From: an uncultured virus (IMG/VR IMGVR_UViG_3300034684_000231)
Lineage: Duplodnaviria; Heunggongvirae; Uroviricota; Caudoviricetes
Strand: one strand, 5' to 3'
IMG/VR virus record: IMGVR_UViG_3300034684_000231
DNA: 64,000 nucleotides
Made by a program: the position numbers and the translations under genes. This document shows positions 1-12,700 of the stretch, piece by piece. The notes beneath the pieces are model-generated. The model made no database searches. It was not told the DNA's origin and saw only the letters and a list, made by a program, of their open reading frames with translations. The stretch's first letter is position 1. The number at the start of each line of letters is the position of its first letter.

Positions 1-70
1 TTGGATTTGTAATTCCTTCGTGTAACTATCTATATCCACCTATTGTAGTACCAAGTTTAAGTTCGGCCAT
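1..70 (-). CDS. 5' start of a tail fibre/hinge-connector-like protein (runs off the left edge)
   Basis: SD GGAGG then ATG at 70. Reads MAELKLGTTIGGYR*LHEGITNP, resembling the MAxLKxGTTIGG..xxHxG N-terminus of phage fibre proteins. Confidence 0.55.
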
Positions 71-87
71 GTATTACACCTCCTGGC

Positions 88-3000
88 TCATATCCATAGG
101 TTTATAACCTATTTACCTTTATACTCTGTATTGTACGGTGCCCCATCTTCATAAAGTATTTGTTGCCCGCGACCAAATGCCTAGTATGGAGATCTGTATG
201 ACAACGGCCAAATTTTTGAGCCCATTGCTTGAAGTTGATTTGTTAAGTCTGTGTTTGTATTAACAGCGTCGTACGATGTAAGCTACCAGTATTGCGTTCT
301 TTCTATCCCAGCAAGCTACGTTGCTAAATTAGTTCTCTATGCATTGTCAGCATATACATCGTATGTTGTGTCTGATAAAACATTAAACGAATTATCAAAA
401 ATCGTTAATCGTAAACCTCTACCCCCGGTATTGTAAATTTCAGTATCATTAATCTTAAGTATTCTATTACCACTCGTTCTGTTTTCTGGATAAGTTGAAT
501 CAAACTATGTACCCACCAAATAAATTTTGGTAAATTTACTATCCTCTTTAAACATTCTTGTGTGAACTCCTAGCGGAAAGATTCTAAATGGGCTAACATT
601 AGAATCAGAAACTTTTTCTATCTGTAAATCGTTTATATACAGTCTTGTACCATATTCGTCTGTGTCTGTATAAGTATATCCTATCTTGAATTCGCGCATA
701 CAATAGTATGTAACACCATCCGTGCCTGTTTGATACATGTAACCTTTTGGAATAGTAAATATCTATTCGTAATACTGCCAACCGTCTATGTCGTCGAATG
801 TATGTGTTATATAAGGCAAAAATAAGCCTGATAATCCTACTCCATTAGATACCCAGCCAACAGAATACTAAAAGTATATTTCAATCGTGTGTTGTGAATA
901 ACCTTTGTAATAAAAGCTTAAGCGATATGTCTATCCTTCTTCCCATATTTTGTCATCTGGAAAGATGAGCCTTAATCCACCCCAGTTCCAATTCGGACTG
1001 TTTAAAACATTAGGCTATCTTTTAACCATATAAGAATATGGCAAATGTCTAAAAGGACGCGGCACAAGCATTACTTTACAATTTGTTTGTTCATATTTAT
1101 TCCATATTCCTCCGAATTGTCCTGTAATAAACTATGACTCACCGTATCTGTCCAAGAGATTATCCCTTTCTTTTGCAATGTTAATTTTCTACCAGCCTTT
1201 GTTGTCTATGCTGAAAGTTCTTGGAATATATTTTGGTGCTTCTGAAGCATCTATAAATTTACTATACACATGCAATTCGCTAATTTTCTAGTTTTGCTAA
1301 TCTGTACCTTGATTCAAAAAACCGAGTCTCTAATAATCGAAGCCTTTGTCAAAATTGAAATCAGATGGTAAATCTTGAGAATATACCATTAAATCTTCGT
1401 GTGTAGTAAGATCGCGAATATATGCACTGATCTTCTTTGTTTTTGTACTAATAGATGCGAGAATAAATAGTTTATGCCCTATTCTGTCATTGATTCCATT
1501 AACGCTACTTTCATATGAATAATCTCTTGTGCTATCAATAACATTAAATAGTATTGTATTCTATGAAGACCAGCCATTTCCTCTGTAGATACCGAACCAG
1601 TCTTTTGTATGCCCGCTTGTCCACCAGTTTAATGTAAATATCTATGGATATGAACCATACGTATTGTCTGAAAGCGGTTCGTAAATAAATGATACCGTGA
1701 ATTCATCTTTAAAATTGTTGAATATATCAACAGGCAATTCTAGATAACTGACTCCTGCTGAACCATCTACATAGCTTAGAAGTTGATCGGTGTTATAGAT
1801 CTATACTGCCTAAATGTCGGCTTTTGTGTTTCCTACCTAGTATAAATGTCTTCCTCCTCCGGATCCATTAAATTTGCCTACCTACCATATCCATTCGCCA
1901 AGCTTCTTTCCGTGCTGTTGATAGTAAGATTCGTTTATGTAAAGTCTATTAGATGAATTTAAATCACCAAATTGAATTTCTCCGTAGTGAAGCCTGAGTA
2001 GAACTCCGTATACTATATTGCCTGATGTATTTCCTATGTTGCCACTAAACCATCCGCCCCAACCGTTCTTGTTTGTAGAATATGTAATGTTATCAAAGTA
2101 CTATGTAGCACCGCCAGAACCTCCAAATACTCTCAAGCCAACTCCGCCAGAAGAATAAGTCGCATCAGTATGCGATGCCACGAGCGTGTCGTTTATATAC
2201 TATTCATGAGATCCATTCGAATATACGACTTTTAATTTTACAGTTTGTCCCTAAGTATACGAAGTTGATGCAGATGCAAGCTGTGTCCACGAACCACTGT
2301 CTGCTGTGTTGCTTCCCTTACCCATTACAAGAGTACCGTTTCCTACTCCTACATAATATCCATATGTATCGTTTACGTCGTCAAACTATGTGGTCATATA
2401 TACAAAACCAGCATTTCCATCGCTTGGAATAGTAACATATGCTTCTATATAACCATAGCTGTTGCTTGGAATACTTTTTAATACAACCAACTAATGAGTA
2501 TTCTAAGAAGCGGTTAACTTAATCTTGTCATTTTCAATAGTTTGAGTACCACAAACTTTATATAGGTATCCAAAGTTATTATCTTTATTTAATGTTGTGT
2601 ATTTGTATGTTTGAATTCTTTGTGCCTTTGTAAGACCAGTAACAGGAATAGTACCATCATATATAATTTCAGTACTCCAATTACCAGAGCCAAACCTTTC
2701 TTCAAAATTGTTGCTAAAGCCACATACATTGCCGGTATAACCTATATCATAACTTTGCATGTTAGATGTAGAAATTTGATTAGTAACAGCGCCTTCAAAA
2801 GAAATCGAGTCATTGAATAATCTTAAATTGTCGTAATTAAACGCTGTAGAAATGCCTTGATAAATCTTTTTGCCTATTCCAACATAAAGCTATGGCTATG
2901 TGCCCCAGACATATTGTCCTGTGTTTGCCCATGTCCACTGAAAGCCAAAATAAAAATTATTGCGATATGCAGTATTTGTAATCTTTGTGCGATCTATTTT

Positions 3001-3501
3001 AAATGTATAAATATATCGCCACCAGCCATTGCCTAAGTAATATTTATATACTTGAGATTCGTACTAACTTGTATAATTGCCTTCTGTCCAAGGATATCCT
3101 CCACCCTAGTATGGATAATCAATCGGCTCTACACTTTCACTTGAATTAGAACTCTTGAAAACACCTGTTAATGTATATTCTTCTATATCCTAAATCTGTT
3201 CAAGCCCGCTTACATTATATTCATAGAAATAACCGGAAGCTGATGTCTATTTTTCTACTCTATATATAGGATTACCAAGGAATGTGCCGTCTTGTGTTAT
3301 ATTTGTCCAGTAATTACCTCCGCCACTCCAAGCGTAAAAATTTTGTTTTCCTATATCTTCAAGATAGTTATGAAGCGTTATTACCGAACCATGTAATGGT
3401 AAATAAGCAAGAAGGCGGTCATAGTCTGCCACCCCTTCTTCAGCAAATTCTTCTGGTATAAGAACAAAATCTTTAAACAATTTTATTCCAACAGCGGGCA
3501 T
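88..3501 (-). CDS. Large tail-associated beta-sandwich protein (CBM/LamG-like domains), ~1137 aa with TAG read through
   Basis: SD GGAGGG, ATG at 3501 (MPAVGIKLF). ORF fragments 3247-3522, 2503-2760 and 505-738 are all in this frame, ending TGA at 88-90. Contains HTDATYSSGGVGLRVFGG...YFDNITY and LamG-like KISELHVYS motifs. Confidence 0.7.
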
Positions 3502-3514
3502 AGGATCCCTCCTA

Positions 3515-5839
3515 TTATGCAAAGATAAAATCTATAGATTGATTAGTGCTATTATAAATAATATTGAAATTATTAAGTGTAAGACTGCCATTTATAGTCA
3601 CATCATTAGCTGTAATCATATTGTTGACTGTAATGCTTTTTGTAAATGTAATATTGCCATTAACAGTGTTGTCTATGTCACTTCTAACAAATTGTGTTGA
3701 ATCTAAATTGTCTAATTTATCAGAATTGCCTGCGCTAGAGGCATAACTAACCGAAGCGTTTGCAATATCTGTAATTGTGGATATTGTATGTGTGTGAGAA
3801 TCGTTCTAAACAGTTGTGCTGATTGTAATATCAGATGAACCATCAAAACTTGCTGAACCGCTTACGCTACCAGATAAAGCAATTGTTCTCTAAGTTTCAA
3901 GTTTACTCTATGTATATGCATTTCCATTTAAAGCACCGTTAAATATATTCTATGTTACAGCGCCATCAATTAGTGCGTTGCCGGCAACGTGTAATTTTTC
4001 AGAAGGCAAAGTAGTGCCAATGCCTACATTACCGTCGTTTCCTATTACATATAGCTAATTTTTGCCTATATTAGTTGCACCACCTCTGTATTGTATGAAT
4101 AACGTGTTTGCAGTTCCATCAGAATTGTACAAGTTGATTTCGTTATTATATTCAAATCTTGTATATTGTGAGGTTCCACCGTTCCATATTTGGACCGTTC
4201 CATTTACAACTAAATCGTTTGAGATACCAGCAGAACCATTTACATCAAGTTTGTATAATGGCATTGTTGTGCCAATGCCAATATTTCCATTGTCGTCTAT
4301 GAATAACAATGATATAGATTTGTTATGTTTTGTAATGCGAAAGTAATTAGCTGAATTATTATTAGAATCTATATCTAAAGTTATTGAACCTTGTGAGCTA
4401 ATTGTAAAATCAACATTAGCATTAGATTCAATATTTGAAGAAGAACCATTGAATGAAACTAAACCTGTAAATGATGTTCCTGATCTAAGGGCAAAATCAC
4501 TCGAATCATATCCATCTAGCTTATCTGAATTATTTGAAAATAAAACAAAAGCATTAGAAATGTCTGTAATTTCAGAAATAGTATGTGTATGACCATTAAG
4601 AGAAAACTATGTTGCCGGAAGTCCATTTAATGTCTGAGCATCAAAACGAAGCTATGTGATAAGAAAATTCCTCTATGAGTATATTGGGGTATTGTTGTAC
4701 ATACTAATAATAGTGTCGTTGCCAAGCAAAGAACCGTTGAAAGAAAGAACTGAAACAAAACCGTTTAATAATTTATCTATTGCTCCGTTGTTATATCCAT
4801 GCCCGACATATACTTTTTGGAATGTGGTGCTGTTGTAATCTAACGTAGTCTAAATTTGTGTGTCTAACACCTATGTATCGTTGATAAATAATTTGGCATT
4901 TATGTTGTTGGCATCTATTCTGCTGTATCCTAACTAGAAGAAAGTCCAACCGTCTGGATCATATGATAAAGTCTGTGCAGTGTGAACAACAGTATTTAAA
5001 TTATCACGTATGGTGACTTTCAATCCAGTGTAGTTATTTATAGTCTCTAATGTAATACTGTTCTATTCACTCGGTTTACCAATTGATATTACTACCTAAT
5101 CATTTTGCCTTTTTGTAGGTGGAACATAGAAATATCCGTAAACAGTTAATGATTCGTGGTATCCTATTGTCGAGATAATCTTCCCATCTGGTCTGGTGCT
5201 TGCAGTGAAAGATGTCCATGTGCTACCTTCTTCTAATTGTAAATACTGAAGGTATAACTGCTACTTTTTTGTTGCGTCAACTGTAAATGCGATTTCAAAT
5301 TCCACTTTCTAAGCATTGGATGGAGTAGTAAATGAAGCATAATATAATTTGCCATCTTCAAGTTTAGCTTGGAGAGCTTCAGTTATACTTAATGCTGTCC
5401 AATTTACAAGTGTTGTATCCTATGCATCCAATATTTTATACTTAATGGTTATTGAACCATATTGAGTAATATCTGCAACAAAGGATAGCGTGTATGTTGT
5501 GTTTTCCTATATATTTACTGCGTTGGTAGTAACAACCGCAGATGTGTTTGAAGTACCAGAAAGTTTGTTTTCAATGTAAATGTTAAAACCTGGTTTGAAT
5601 CCCTTTGTAATCCAATACTGCGATTTGTATATGTCTATTGAATTGTTGAAAGAAACTGAAGGCAAGAACAGATCTGGAATATTATCTCCATTGTCATCGC
5701 GGGACAAAAGAGCGAGAGAACCAAACAAGTTTGTTGTTCCTTTTTCAATTAGTTGTGAATATTTCTAACCTACAAATGGTAGTGGAGATGTGTACTGAGT
5801 ATATATTTGATCTGCATTAACTATTAAAGTTGGTATCAA
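3515..5839 (-). CDS. Tail fibre protein, ~774 aa
   Basis: Probable TTG start after GGGGTG. Fragments 5507-5728 and 4055-4309 are in frame, with TAA at 3515-3517. Fibre motifs: two GN(I/V)GIGTT repeats, NGNAYT*SKLET*RTIALSGSVSGSASFDGS, two HTHTIS.ITDI...NSDKLD repeats, and LQLEEG. Confidence 0.8.
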
Positions 5840-5890
5840 TATGATCACACCCCTTGTTGATAAGATATGCAGTTTCTATTAAATAATTAA

Positions 5891-5910
5891 CAGCGGGCAT
5901 ACGCCCGCCG
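5891..5910 (-). terminator. GC-rich hairpin after the rSAM gene cluster (probable intrinsic terminator)
   Basis: Minus strand CGGCGGGC-GTAT-GCCCGCTG followed by TTAATTATTT, immediately after the TAA at 5912-5914. Confidence 0.55.
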
Positions 5911-5911
5911 T

Positions 5912-6175
5912 TTACTTAGTTTGCCTAATTCTAATTGTTGTACCACTTGAATTTGAAATTAATTCTAGTTCTACATTCTAGTCTGAGGTTATTGTTAAAT
6001 CTCCCAAAATAAATTCAAATTGCGGATTTTTCGGCAGTGGTTTATATACAAAGTAATTTTGAAGAGTTAAAGTATATTCCTAGTTTTCTTTCCTGTCCAT
6101 AAAGGTTACGTTAGAAACTTTGTCTGTAAGGTCTTCTCCGTTTAATACAAACTTAGTTACGTTTGGAAACGACAT
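5912..6175 (-). CDS. Hypothetical protein, 87 aa
   Basis: SD GGAGG, ATG at 6175 (MSFPNVTKFVLNGEDLTDKV...), two in-frame TAG, TAA at 5912-5914. Confidence 0.7.
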
Positions 6176-6189
6176 GTTAATCTACCTCC

Positions 6190-7818
6190 TTATTTATTTT
6201 CTTTAGGAACTATTAATGTGAGCTATTGTGGCGGTAAAGTTCCTTTCTTTTGATACGGTTGTTGATGCTAATTGTTTCTGTGTTTAATATATGCTTGATG
6301 ATTCATTGCCACTTCTTGGTACATGTCTAATAAGATGTGTATTCCCTAATCTAACAGTTGTCTTTTTAAATCGTCTTTATCTTTTGCCGGAATATCTTTC
6401 ATCACTTCGTCAACACCTTTGAAATAGTAACTCCCTTGATTACACATGCATTTTTCAAACATATTTCCATTCATTCCTTGATAGTATTTTTTAATTGGTC
6501 TTCTATCGTTAGAATAGATAATATTGTGTCTGTTGTAATCGAATAGGCCATATTGTTTGAATAAGTCTATAATTCTTCGAGCTGCACTATATAATGTATG
6601 ATTCATTTTACAACTTTTTTCGTTTTTTGCATCTATTTTTCCTGCGTTGTCATAGTTAGAAGCATAACAGGAACCTTTGCAGTAGTATTTTAATTTGCAG
6701 TATTTACAATGTTCTAAATTGTTGACGTCCCAATCTCTTAATTTAGAAAGCAATTCTTCGTTGTGTATGCCTTCCCATACATTGCCTAACCATCCGTAGC
6801 GTTTTTCAAAATGAATTTTATATGGATCTAAACCGTGTTTATTAAATCTATGGCATACAAATATTTGTCCTTCTACGCTTACACCAAAATACGTGGAGCC
6901 GGCACCACATGGCTTTGGCAAATGCATACCTCTGGACAAAGTATGAAGTTTAGGATCATAACTTCCTGTTTTTTCAATTTCATCTAAATTGATTCCTTGT
7001 CTTTCTGCTTCTAAGATGTAATAGATCATATCATCTACAAATTTGTTTTGTATTGCAGGAAAACCGTTTTTGTAGTTAATTATCATTCTCTCATACAATG
7101 CTACTAATTGTTCTTCAAGTTCTTTGAAATGATCATTAGTCCAATTTGCCTCAAATACTGGTGAGAAGAAATATGACACAATTCCTTTTCCAAGTACATA
7201 TTCATAGCTTTTGATAATGTTTGGTATATAGTCTGGATGTAAAGACATTCTCAATTGCGGAGCATAACCATATACCTTCTTGTAAAGATCTATGTTTTTG
7301 TCGATAATGTCGAAGCTCCCTTTTCCATTTGGCAGAACTCTTTGTGCATCGTGATTTTCTTTTATGCCGTCCATAGATATAAGCCACGTGATATTGCGTT
7401 CTGCACACCAGCGAAGCCTTTCTTCTGTAAATTCTACAGCATTGGTAGTGCCGCCTATATGTCTAATTTTTTTGCCAGTTTCTTTTGATTTTTGCTCGAA
7501 GTATTCATATGTTTTTTTGATCATGTCAAAGTTATGAAATGGTTCGCCGCCCCATGGTTCAAATCCCAAACCGCCTTGCTTATTTACTTCTTCTACCGTT
7601 CCTGAGTTGCCGTCATCGAAAAGCCAATCAACAGCCTACATCATTACTTCTTCAGTAAGCTTTCTGTCCTCTCGTTTTTTGGCCTAAAAGTCAGCGAAGC
7701 AATACTTACATCTTAGACTGCACCCTTCTGTCATATCTAGACTGAGATTTAACGTTGATGCTCCTAATTCTTTAAGTTTCTTCCCCGGTTTGCCTAATAT
7801 AAATGGATATTCTAACAT
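6190..7818 (-). CDS. Radical SAM enzyme with C-terminal SPASM domain (anSME/ranthipeptide-maturase-like), ~542 aa
   Basis: SD GGAGG, ATG at 7818. The CSLRCKYC (CxxxCxxC) motif lies upstream of two TAGs, followed by WGGEP, TTN and ISMDG. SPASM motif CGAG...VCHRF...CKYCKLKYYCKGSC...C. Ends at TAA 6190-6192 after three further TAGs. Confidence 0.92.
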
Positions 7819-7842
7819 TTCAAAGCACCTCCTGTATTTTGG

Positions 7843-9717
7843 TTATTGTTGTATATCTGTAGTTGAATAACATTCGCAAGAATAATTAAGTGTTCCATTG
7901 CAAGTACATGAACTTGTTGTTGCAACTCCGTTTGTTGTTGCGCTAGAATAAGAAGCACAATTAGAGTAAAGACTACACCTATTAGTTACTTCTGTTACAT
8001 CCTCATTGCATGAACTTGGTGGTGTACCTGCTATATCGTAATCACAGCTTGTTGCAAACGTTGAACATGTTGTAAACTAAGAACATGTTTGTCGTATTGG
8101 ATCAAACGTGTATGTATCACACTAACTATCACACGGACAACTATAGTTAAATGAGGAACATGTATAGTTTTGAGAATAACATTGCCAGCATTCGAACGCA
8201 TACCACGATTCACATCCGCAGTTATACCCATGACAAGTGTAATCACACTAACAACTAGAAAAGTTTACACAAGATGAATTGCAAGGACAAGTATGAGAAA
8301 AACAAAAACCGTTGCATTTACATGTGACTGCATTACATTGTCCATTACACATACATAATGCATCTGTTGTTCCATCACACTCGCAGGTTTCGTGATAACA
8401 TGATGTTTCGCAGTTGCAACTATATCCATCGCATGCGTTGTAACACGAACAAGGCCCATAACCGTCACAGGACAAATTGCAGTCACAATTGTATGATTGA
8501 AGGTAGCAACTTCTATCACAAGTACACGAGGAATATACATCGCAAACTGTATAACAGTCACACGAATATCTATCACATGATCCGTCGCATTGGCATGTAT
8601 AAAAACCTGTTCCATCACACTAACAGAGATCAAAAGAACAATATGGTGTGTCTACATCACATGCACACGTACTATAAGACATACAACCAGAAACAGTGTC
8701 ACATGTATAATTGCATTTACACGACGCTTCTTTGTAGCACTAATAGTTGCATCTGCATGATACTGTGTCACAGGCAAAATCACAAACACACTATATATAA
8801 CTATCGCAAGTATGATCACAAGAACACGATTTAACCACCACACATTGATTGTTACATTCACAAACTATATATTGTGTTCCATCGCATCCGCAAAGTTGTG
8901 CAAATAGCTACGAATAACATTCACACGTAAGATAATTTTTGGAATTGCATTGGCATGATTGGCTATTACAAACATTATAACAAGAACAGTTAGAATATCC
9001 ATTGCATGTATTATTACACGAACACCCAATTTCGCTATCACAACTGCCATTGCAAGTGCATGGAGAATAATAATCACAACTGTAACAATATGCTATTGGA
9101 ATATATGATTGTATTCTGTTGTAGTATTCGTTTAACACCTCGTCGCTTATGATTACTTCTGAGTAATAATGACAAGTATAGGTAGTATTATATAATGTGT
9201 CAATTACACTTTTAATTTGATCTATTTTAGATTTCTATATTGTATCTTTTGTCAAAACTTTGGAAGGAAGCGACGGCAAATTGCCAATACCATCTTTAGT
9301 GCTTTTATAAGCACTGTATAGCTATTGCAATTTATCAATGATCTTATTGACGGAATCTTTTCTAACGACATTCTATTGAACACCTGCTTTTACAATTACT
9401 CTTTTAAGAGTCTAGCCATCTCCAGTTGAAGACCAAATCTGAACTTTATTAGTACCGTTAAGTATTTTTGGTATTCTAGCAGAAAAAGTCATTGTTTTAG
9501 TATCGTCGAATTTTAGAACACGTAGTTCTTGATCGTTGACTGCTACTCTTACTCCTCCTTCGGCGTCAACGACAGTAACATATACAACACCAGAAGAATA
9601 CTCCCGGTTTGTATTAAATGTATATACAAGAGCATTGGCAATTGTAGTATTGTTTGGAATGCCAATAGAAATTGAACCAGAATCGTATAGTGTTACTTGA
9701 TCTGTATTTAGCTACAT
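7843..9717 (-). CDS. Cysteine-rich repeat protein (about 88 Cys in CxCxxxC repeats) with ~210-aa N-terminal domain, 624 aa
   Basis: Hand-translated end to end. Starts ATG-TAG-CTA at 9717 after SD GGGGTG. Fragments 8908-9138 and 8248-8475 are in frame, ending TAA at 7843-7845. Confidence 0.85.
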
Positions 9718-9730
9718 TCATTTTCACCCC

Positions 9731-12700
9731 TTAATAGAGGAATATTAATCTGCGACCATCTTCAAGAATTTTAACTACTCTACCTATAATGTATTTGCCA
9801 ACTATTTTGTCTAGCCATGTAGCTACTTTAAGCTTACCATCTAGAGTTAAACATAACTCATCGTCAATATTCTATTTTAAATTAACTTCTACTGTTCCTG
9901 CCAACGCTACAGGCACAGAATTTTTTCTTCCTTTACCCATAACAAAACCTGGTTTGGTAGATACAATCCATGTTTTTTTCCATGGATTATACTATTGCAC
10001 TACTTTTCCTTTTTTTATTTGAACTGGTGTGCCCGGCTCAAATTTTTCATTACTCCAGATATATTCCTATAAGTCTGCAAAATATGCCTATGTAGCTACA
10101 CCATTGAAAGTTCTCTAATGAATGATGCCATATACATTGTTGCTAGAACTGTCGGGATTAAAATTAGTAAGAGTATCTCCCTATGCATCTGGATCTATTG
10201 TGATCATTGCTAGCTAATGTCCCATATCTTTTGTTGTAAAAGTGTAATGCATACCAGCATCTACCTGTGAACTCTATGGTTTATCTGCTATATAAGCTCT
10301 AGCTTTTATTTGTGTGATATCAGAACGCTATTGTAATGTTTTGCTTGTTGTTACGCCAGTTAATGAAACTGTAACTGTTCTATTCTAAGGATCAAATGAT
10401 ATTGTGACAGTGTTATTAGATTGTGTATACGACGTGTTATACAAGACATCGTCAGAAAAATCAAATATCAATGTCTGGTATGCATATTCTCCTTCTGATT
10501 TGCCTTTAAAGTAATCGGCTGGGAAGTATTTAAATACTTGAACTTCTATCTTGTAAAATACTGTGCCTGTCGCACTAGTTAAGCTTGTTCCAGAAGGATT
10601 TGTGATTGTAGTCCAATCTGTTACCTATCCTTCTGTTTTACTTCCTGTTTTTGGCGAGTAAACTCCCGCTGGTTTAATCTATGCGTTTTGCAAACTAACT
10701 ATATAATGTTGGTTTGAACCATATGTTCTTAGAAGTTCAAGACCTGTCTCTTCATATCTATATACTTGCGGAATATCCTATGCATATACTACGGAATTCG
10801 GATAAGTATTATCCTTTTTAATTTCTACATTATATAGGTAAGTATCTCCAATAAACTGTCCGAATAAGTCTCCAACCTAATGTGTTTTCGAACCATCGAA
10901 TTCAAGATATTTCTAATCTGCTCGATTCCCAACAACAAATTTATACTGAGAGCCGTCTTTACCTATCCAAAATCCAGCACCAGCATCGTCAAAATTCTAA
11001 TGCCCGCTGCTGTGCATATTACCTGTTATTTCTATGCTTTGAGAAAACAAGTTGTTTACATCTATTTTGCTCTAGGTGATAGTATTGTTTACTATCAAAT
11101 CTCCACTAATAGAGCCACCTTGTGCATATATATTTCCATATATATTAAGATTCTAACCATCCCACAAGATATATTGATTTGTGTTCCCAACTTTAAATTT
11201 TGGAGTAGTAGAATCTAGATACCAATAATTATTACTGTTTACTACAATTCCAGGTTTATTAGTTCCGGCCTAATTTTTGCCTATCATAATATTGCCTGCT
11301 TGCAAGTTTGCGTTTACAGCCAAGTCTCCATCTATTGTTCCGCCTTGTGCATATATATTCCCTTTCACAGCAAGACTGTTTTGTCCGTCCCATACTACAT
11401 ATGTATTGCTGTTTCCTACTTTAAATTCACCTGTGGTAAACCAATAATTATTTTCATCTAAGTATAATCCATCTTTGCCAGTTGTCACATTCTTTCCTAA
11501 AGCAAAAGCGATTTGATTTGAGTCGTTTTTGATGTATAGTTTGTTAGATATAGTTACATTTCCGCTATTATCCCATACTAATGTGTTTGCTAAATTACCG
11601 CTACCGTTTGTTTGCCATGTTATATTTCCACTTGCTAGTTGGCCAGAACCGTCTGTGTTAAGAACAATAGCTCCACTACCAAGATTAATAGTGCCATCGG
11701 TTAATTCAAATCCGCTGTTGTTTATTAATACACCGGTACTTTTTAGCTCAAATGTATTGGTGGTATCTACATCGAATTTGATATAAGACGTAGGATCACC
11801 GACAAAAAAATGCACGTTTTTATTTGAATCTGTGGTGACTTTAAAGAACTCTGTATCATCTTTTAACTATATAATTGCAGTGTCATAGCTATTGGTTTTA
11901 CCTTGTATATTATCAAGAGTTGAACCGTCACCGATATATACTCCGCTAAGAGTTCCATCTAAATCATTTTTTTGCCCGATAAATAATTTTCCTGTTGCAA
12001 TGTTCGCGTTGTCAATAGTTGTATTATTTTTCCAATCAGATAACCAACCATATAATTTGTTTTCTATAGTAACAGTTATAACCTTTTCTAATTCGATTGG
12101 TTCGGCCTAAGGTGTATAAGACGCTTTGACTAACAGGGCACACACAAATGACTGTGTTGTAATTTCAGATGGATCAATTAAAATGTTTAACGGTATTGAA
12201 ATCTTTGAGTTATTCAGAACAACATCATAGTATGTACTCGAATTTCTAATAACAGAAATTTCTATATTACTTGTAATTGAATTTTTTCCAAGCAAAACAT
12301 TTGGATAGAATTCAAGATTGATATCTGATAAGTCCGTAGTAGCATCAATACTATATTTGTAATGGTATTTTTCCGAGTTAACATCGGTCGGATCTGTTAA
12401 AAGCTTTAAAACGTATGTATCTGTTTTATCGATTATTGTAATTTGGTTGCTATAAACGTCCCCACCATATGTAGCTTCACACGTATAAGTTGCATACACA
12501 TCAACATTGCTGGTATCTATAGCCAGAGTATCTGATGTGACACCATCAATAGGATTTCCGTCTTTATACCACTTGTAGGTTACACCGTCTGCCTATGTTT
12601 TTACTTCAGAATTAACATATAGCGTCTATTTTAATGTGGTGCTTTGTAATTCATAAGTTAATTCGTTTCCGTTTGATGACGAGATAGCCAAAAATGTAGT

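Noticed and set aside
7860..9087. CRISPR array, DGR repeat or DNA tandem repeat in the repetitive-looking Cys region
   Set aside because: The periodicity is at the protein level (TGT/TGC spacing). I saw no identical nucleotide repeats with spacers and no reverse transcriptase in the window.
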